From Gammaproteobacteria bacterium (lineage in GTDB: Bacteria; Pseudomonadota; Gammaproteobacteria; Ga0077536): 64,000 nt of DNA. Numbering within the stretch: the stretch's first letter is position 1; each line of letters opens with the position of its first letter. Under the pieces are notes generated by a model, which saw nothing but the letters and a program-made list of their open reading frames with translations, was not told the origin of the DNA and did no database searches. The DNA lies in contig CAXXLL010000002.1 in NCBI GenBank assembly GCA_963662545.2, forward strand, positions 2,080,001 to 2,144,000, read 5' to 3'. This document shows, piece after piece, positions 59,477 to 64,000 of the stretch. A program made the translations under genes and the position numbers.

Positions 59477-60220
59477 TCAATCGCGCCGCGGTGTTTTTAT
59501 AACAACGCCATGCCTTCCGCGGCCCCGCGCACCGAGCAATTCGACGTACGTGCCGGCGGCCGTTTCTGGAGGTGCAAAAGCCGCGGGATCCTGCGCTGGA
59601 AACGCCGTCATTCTCAGGCGCGTTCGAAGGGGGCTGGGGATCACCCCGTGCACGCGCAGTCCCGGGTTTGTTTCATGTTCGTCGGCAAGGATTTCCATCA
59701 GGGATTTGAGGGCGCTTTTCGTCGCAGCATACGCACCCCAGTGCGCGCGACCGCGGTCGCCTTCCTCGGCGAGCGAGAATACGATCGAAGCATCATCAGC
59801 CTCTGCGAGCAATGGCAGGCACGATTGCAGAAGAAGAAACACACTGTGAACATTAACCTGGAAAACGCGCGCCCAGATCATCGGATCGTATGTTTCGAGC
59901 GGCGCGAGTTCGCCGACGACGGCGGCATTGACCACCAGACCGTCGAGACACCCGAATTGTTCCTTGATATGTGCAGTGATGGATAAAAAATCGTCGACCG
60001 ACGCCGCCTCGAGGTTGATTGGCACGATGACAGGTAAGGGATCGCCGCGTGATTCAAGCTCGTCCGTCAGGGCTTCCAGCGCCGCTACGTCGCGCCCACA
60101 CACCAAGGTCGTCGCGCCCGCGGCGGCGCAGGCTACCGCTACAGCACGGCCGAGACCGCGGCTCGCACCGGTGATCATAATCACACGTCCAGCAAGCTCC
60201 GCGCGGTCGATGTCACTCAT
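59477..60220 (-). CDS. YciK-like short-chain dehydrogenase
   Basis: TGASRGLG, WGAYAATK and RTRLRMTAFP motifs. Confidence 0.87.
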   Translation of the reverse strand: MSDIDRAELAGRVIMITGASRGLGRAVAVACAAAGATTLVCGRDVAALEALTDELESRGDPLPVIVPINLEAASVDDFLSITAHIKEQFGCLDGLVVNAAVVGELAPLETYDPMIWARVFQVNVHSVFLLLQSCLPLLAEADDASIVFSLAEEGDRGRAHWGAYAATKSALKSLMEILADEHETNPGLRVHGVIPSPLRTRLRMTAFPAQDPAAFAPPETAAGTYVELLGARGRGRHGVVIKTPRRD

Positions 60221-60292
60221 GAGGCGGCGTCGAAGGTGCTCAAGATCCTATGTCGAGACCGCTGGGGCGTTGTACTGCAATAGATCTTCTTC

Positions 60293-60329
60293 CAGCTAGC
60301 CCGCCTGCGCGCGATAGGCGGGCTAGCTG
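60293..60329. terminator. hairpin overlapping the nadB stop
   Basis: cagctagcccgcct / aggcgggctagctg 14-bp stem; no U-tract. Confidence 0.4.
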
Positions 60330-61933
60330 AAGTCTCCGGCGCGCAGGACGGTGTCGCGTAGGTAGTTCGCGTCGTCGCTTTCGGGATGGTCCAAGGTATA
60401 GTGCAATCCGCGGCTTTCGCGCCTCTTGAGAGCGCAGCGAATGATCAGCTCGGCGACCTGCACGAGGTTGCGTAACTCGATGAGGTCGCCGGTGACGCGG
60501 AAATTGCCGTAATACTCGCTGATTTCCGAGTGCAGAAGATCCACCCGACGCCGGGCTCGCTGCAGTCGCTTGCCCGTGCGCACGATGCCGACGTAATCCC
60601 ACATGAGCCTGCGGAGTTCATCCCAGTTATGAGCGACGACGACCTCTTCGTCGGCGTCGGTTACCTGGCTTTCATCCCAGGCGGGGATCTGATCAATGAG
60701 TTCGTGCTCGCCGATGCTCGAAATGATCGCCTTCGCGGCCGACTCGGCGATGACCAGGCACTCGAGCAGGGAGTTGCTGGCCATACGATTGGCACCGTGA
60801 AGGCCCGTACACGCGACCTCGCCGATCGCGTAGAGCCCAGGCAGCGAGGTTCGGCCCTTGAGGTCCGTGACCACGCCACCGCACAGGTAGTGCGCGGCCG
60901 GTACCACAGGAATTGGTTCACGCGTGATGTCAATGCCGTAGCCGTTACACTGTTCGTACACGTTGGGAAAGTATTCGATGATGAAATCACGGGGCTTATG
61001 CGAGATGTCCAGATACACGTTGTCCAGGCCCAGGCGCTTCATTTCATGGTCGATCGCACGGGCGACAATATCGCGTGGCGCCAGTTCGGCGCGTTCGTCG
61101 AACTTCGGCATGAAGCGCTCGCCGGTGTTGAGGATCAAGCGGCCGCCTTCACCGCGCAGCGCTTCGGTCAATAGAAAGGTTTTCGCCTGCGGGTGATATA
61201 GACAGGTTGGATGGAACTGGACGAACTCCATGTTCGCGATTACGCATCCCGCCCGCCAGGCCATGCCGATGCCGTCGCCGGTAGCGACGTCCGGGTTGCT
61301 CGTATAAAGGTAGACTTTTCCAGCTCCGCCTGAGGCGAGCACCGAGCACCGTGCGGCGATCGTTCGGATCTGTTGACGATCGAGATCGAGCACATAGGCC
61401 CCGGCGCAGCGATCGGGGATGCGGCCAAGTTTGCCCGAGCTGATCAGATCGATCGCCATGTGGCGCTCGAGCAAGGTGATATTCGGGTTTTCCGCGACCC
61501 GCTCGAGGAGCGTCTTCTCGATCACGCGTCCGGTAGCATCAGCAGCATGGACGACACGGCGATGACTATGGCCGCCTTCGCGCATGAGGTGGAATTCCTC
61601 CGCCCCGGAGCGCGACACCCGCGTCGAAAAGGGCACACCCTGAGCAATCAGCCATTCTATGCGCTCCCGACCGTGCCGGACGATGAATTCAACGGTGTCT
61701 TTCCGGCACAGCCCCGCACCGGCGGCGAGCGTGTCTTCGATGTGTAAATCGACGGAATCCGCGTGATCCATGACCGCCGAGATCCCGCCCTGCGCGTAAT
61801 AGGTAGCGCTTTCGCTGGCGCTTCCCTTGCTCAGCACGACCACCCGTAAGCGCTCGGCTAAAGCGAGCGCGAGGCTCAGCCCCGCCGCTCCGCTGCCGAT
61901 GATCAGGGCGTCATAGGCGTCCGATTCACTCAT
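60323..61933 (-). CDS. nadB: L-aspartate oxidase
   Basis: [24 protein letters not shown] and [15 protein letters not shown] motifs. Confidence 0.96.
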   Translation of the reverse strand: MSESDAYDALIIGSGAAGLSLALALAERLRVVVLSKGSASESATYYAQGGISAVMDHADSVDLHIEDTLAAGAGLCRKDTVEFIVRHGRERIEWLIAQGVPFSTRVSRSGAEEFHLMREGGHSHRRVVHAADATGRVIEKTLLERVAENPNITLLERHMAIDLISSGKLGRIPDRCAGAYVLDLDRQQIRTIAARCSVLASGGAGKVYLYTSNPDVATGDGIGMAWRAGCVIANMEFVQFHPTCLYHPQAKTFLLTEALRGEGGRLILNTGERFMPKFDERAELAPRDIVARAIDHEMKRLGLDNVYLDISHKPRDFIIEYFPNVYEQCNGYGIDITREPIPVVPAAHYLCGGVVTDLKGRTSLPGLYAIGEVACTGLHGANRMASNSLLECLVIAESAAKAIISSIGEHELIDQIPAWDESQVTDADEEVVVAHNWDELRRLMWDYVGIVRTGKRLQRARRRVDLLHSEISEYYGNFRVTGDLIELRNLVQVAELIIRCALKRRESRGLHYTLDHPESDDANYLRDTVLRAGDFS

Positions 61934-61983
61934 GTCCGGAGTTGCTATAATCTGCAGAAAGAATCGAACGCCCCGCCGGTCCC

Positions 61984-62010
61984 GAACTTAATCGCCGTCC
62001 TATGGTCTAC
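61984..62010 (+). promoter_or_regulatory. sigmaE autoregulatory promoter
   Basis: GAACTT-N16-TCTAC upstream of rpoE. Confidence 0.7.
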
Positions 62011-62062
62011 GCCTTTAAGAAATTGCCACGCGCCGTTGCCATGATACAGGGATAGAGCCTCG

Positions 62063-62641
62063 ATGGGCGACAGCAATACTGACAATGAGCTCGTTCAGCG
62101 AGTACAGAAAGGTGACAAATCTGCGTTTGACCTGCTGGTTCTCAAATATCAACATCGCATAGTGAAACTCGTATCCCAGTACGTTCGAGAACCGGCCGAC
62201 GCGCTGGACGTGACACAGGAAGCTTTTTTTAAGGCTTATCGTGCGCTGCCAAAATTCAGAGGCGACAGCGCGTTTTATACCTGGCTCTACCGTATTGCCA
62301 TCAACACCGCGAAGAACCAGCTGGTATACATGTCGCGGCGTCCGCTGGAAGTTGGCCTCGAAAACGACAATGGCGAGCAAATCGAACTGCAGGAAATGCA
62401 AAAAACGATGGAGACGCCGGAACGTCTTCTGCTGACAAACGAGATCAGGGAAACGATCATCGACTCGATCGATAAGCTGCCCGATGATCTTAGGACGGCG
62501 ATTACGCTGCGCGAAGTCGAGGGCATGAGCTACGTGGAGATCGCCGCGGCGATGGACTGTCCCATCGGGACGGTCCGCTCACGAATATTCAGGGCGCGCG
62601 AAGCGATAGAGCTGCGCCTCAAACCACTGCTTGAGCATTGA
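62063..62641 (+). CDS. rpoE: RNA polymerase sigma factor RpoE/AlgU
   Basis: AFDLLVLKYQH, FYTWLYRIAINTAKN and CPIGTVRSRIFRAREAI; divergent from nadB. Confidence 0.96.
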   Translation: MGDSNTDNELVQRVQKGDKSAFDLLVLKYQHRIVKLVSQYVREPADALDVTQEAFFKAYRALPKFRGDSAFYTWLYRIAINTAKNQLVYMSRRPLEVGLENDNGEQIELQEMQKTMETPERLLLTNEIRETIIDSIDKLPDDLRTAITLREVEGMSYVEIAAAMDCPIGTVRSRIFRAREAIELRLKPLLEH

Positions 62642-62648
62642 ATTAGGT

Positions 62649-63194
62649 ATGACCATCGTGAATCAGGAAAAAATCTCGATATTAGTGGACGGCGAGTTTG
62701 CGGACGACGAAATCGGCGAGGTCATCGACACGCTGATGCGCGACTCCGAACTCCAGCGTGCCTGGAGCCGTTACCATTTGATAGGAGAAGCACTACGCGC
62801 CGACAGCTTACCGGGCAGGGCGCCGGCAGCGTCCCCCATCGATCAAGGCCGCGACAGCGTCGTGTCACTTGCGGACCGGCGCCGCTCTTATACTCCCCTC
62901 GTCGGACTCGCAATCGCGGCCTCTGTTGCCGCTCTGGCGGTCACACTGGCCTTGAGGCCGTATCAGCAACCGACCGAGCCCGGATTCCAGGTTGCCACAT
63001 CGGTGACGACACAGTCCCTGGCCCCTGAACCGATTGACTCGATACGTTCGCAAAGCGGACAGGCCGTCGTAGCCGTCGGTGCGTTCGACCAGCGTCTAAA
63101 TGGATATCTCGTCAACTTCAACGAGCAACGGGCACGACTCGGTGTTCCAGCCGTTCACCCCTATGTTCGTATCGTCGGATTCGAAGCCGAATAG
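62649..63194 (+). CDS. rseA: anti-sigma factor RseA/MucA
   Basis: EKISILVDGE, WSRYHLIGEALR and TM segment AIAASVA. Confidence 0.88.
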   Translation: MTIVNQEKISILVDGEFADDEIGEVIDTLMRDSELQRAWSRYHLIGEALRADSLPGRAPAASPIDQGRDSVVSLADRRRSYTPLVGLAIAASVAALAVTLALRPYQQPTEPGFQVATSVTTQSLAPEPIDSIRSQSGQAVVAVGAFDQRLNGYLVNFNEQRARLGVPAVHPYVRIVGFEAE

Positions 63195-64000
63195 CGCGGC
63201 AATTATTGCGGCGGGCGCGCTGATCGCCTTGCTGGCCTTTGCCGCGCCGTCGCCGTCGGCCGCCGATGACCCAGCACGCATCCTGCTGCAATCCATGCAT
63301 GACGCAACCCGGCAGCTCAATTACGAAGGCGTATTCATTTATCAGCGCGGGGCCCAGATCGATAGCATGCGTCTCGTACACAAGTATGACGACGGTGGCG
63401 AAAAGGAACGCTTGATATCTCTCTCCGGGCCGGCACGCGAAGTCATACGCGACGGCACGCTCGTCACCTGCTTGTTTGCCGACGACCAGCAGGCGATGGT
63501 CGAAAAGAACCCGCCACGGGATCTCATCGGTATCGGATTTTCAGCGCCCGTGGAGAGCCTGGTCGCGAGCTATCGCTTCAGCATTGACGGCGAAGATCGA
63601 ATTGCAGGACGCAAGACGACGGTCGTGGGCATAAGCCCGTCCGCGGGCGACCGTTACGGCTACCGCCTGTGGATCGACCACGACACCAAGTTGCTGTTGA
63701 AATCGGTCATTCTCGGACGCGGCGGGCGTACACTGGAACAAGTCCAGTTCACGCAGATCAGCATCCTCGACGAGATATCCGCGGAGCGGCTGCGCCCGGA
63801 GATCGGTGGCGACGGATTCACCTGGCGAACGGACACCGAAAGTGCTGCGATCGGTGCGGCTGCAAACGGCGATTCATCCTGGCAGGTACGCTGGCTGCCC
63901 TCGGGATTCGAGTTGAAGGAAAGCAAGATACAAAGCATGGCGACGAGTTACATGCCGGTGAGTCATCTGGTTTATTCGGACGGCCTCGCTATGGTTTCCG
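63163..64000 (+). CDS. rseB: RseB/MucB (3'-truncated by window edge)
   Basis: Open frame from ATG 63163: signal peptide, LNYEGVFIY, ERLISLSGPAREV, WLPSGF and HLVYSDGLA. Confidence 0.88.
   Translation, partial: MFVSSDSKPNSAAIIAAGALIALLAFAAPSPSAADDPARILLQSMHDATRQLNYEGVFIYQRGAQIDSMRLVHKYDDGGEKERLISLSGPAREVIRDGTLVTCLFADDQQAMVEKNPPRDLIGIGFSAPVESLVASYRFSIDGEDRIAGRKTTVVGISPSAGDRYGYRLWIDHDTKLLLKSVILGRGGRTLEQVQFTQISILDEISAERLRPEIGGDGFTWRTDTESAAIGAAANGDSSWQVRWLPSGFELKESKIQSMATSYMPVSHLVYSDGLAMVS

Overview
GC-rich chromosomal window that looks gammaproteobacterial, judged from the smc-zipA-ligA, cysZ-queF-gluQ and nadB/rpoE-rseA-rseB synteny. The left part carries panB, tesB, a TetR-icmF-BtuF-like acyl-CoA/cobalamin operon, an AT-richer polysaccharide islet (flippase, GT2, GT4, broken methyltransferase), a MoxR/VWA pair and fatty-acid/acrylyl-CoA genes. 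The most notable structure is an integron cassette array at about 28.2-36.8 kb. All its cassette ORFs are on the minus strand. It has five clear attC sites in two sequence families, several decayed ones, and an attI-like core site at 36747-36753, but no integrase beside it. The first cassette carries an IS630 and an IS481 insertion, and the last is a broken hicBA toxin-antitoxin pair. Other observations: several MITE/REP families, two enzymes interrupted by single in-frame TAG codons, a decayed duplicate of the tesB 3' end, a LigA lacking its C4 zinc finger, an lptF without lptG next to lipid-modification genes, and a FleQ-like box with a sigma54 promoter upstream of a GGDEF gene. All calls come from reading the sequence and motifs by eye; no searches were run.
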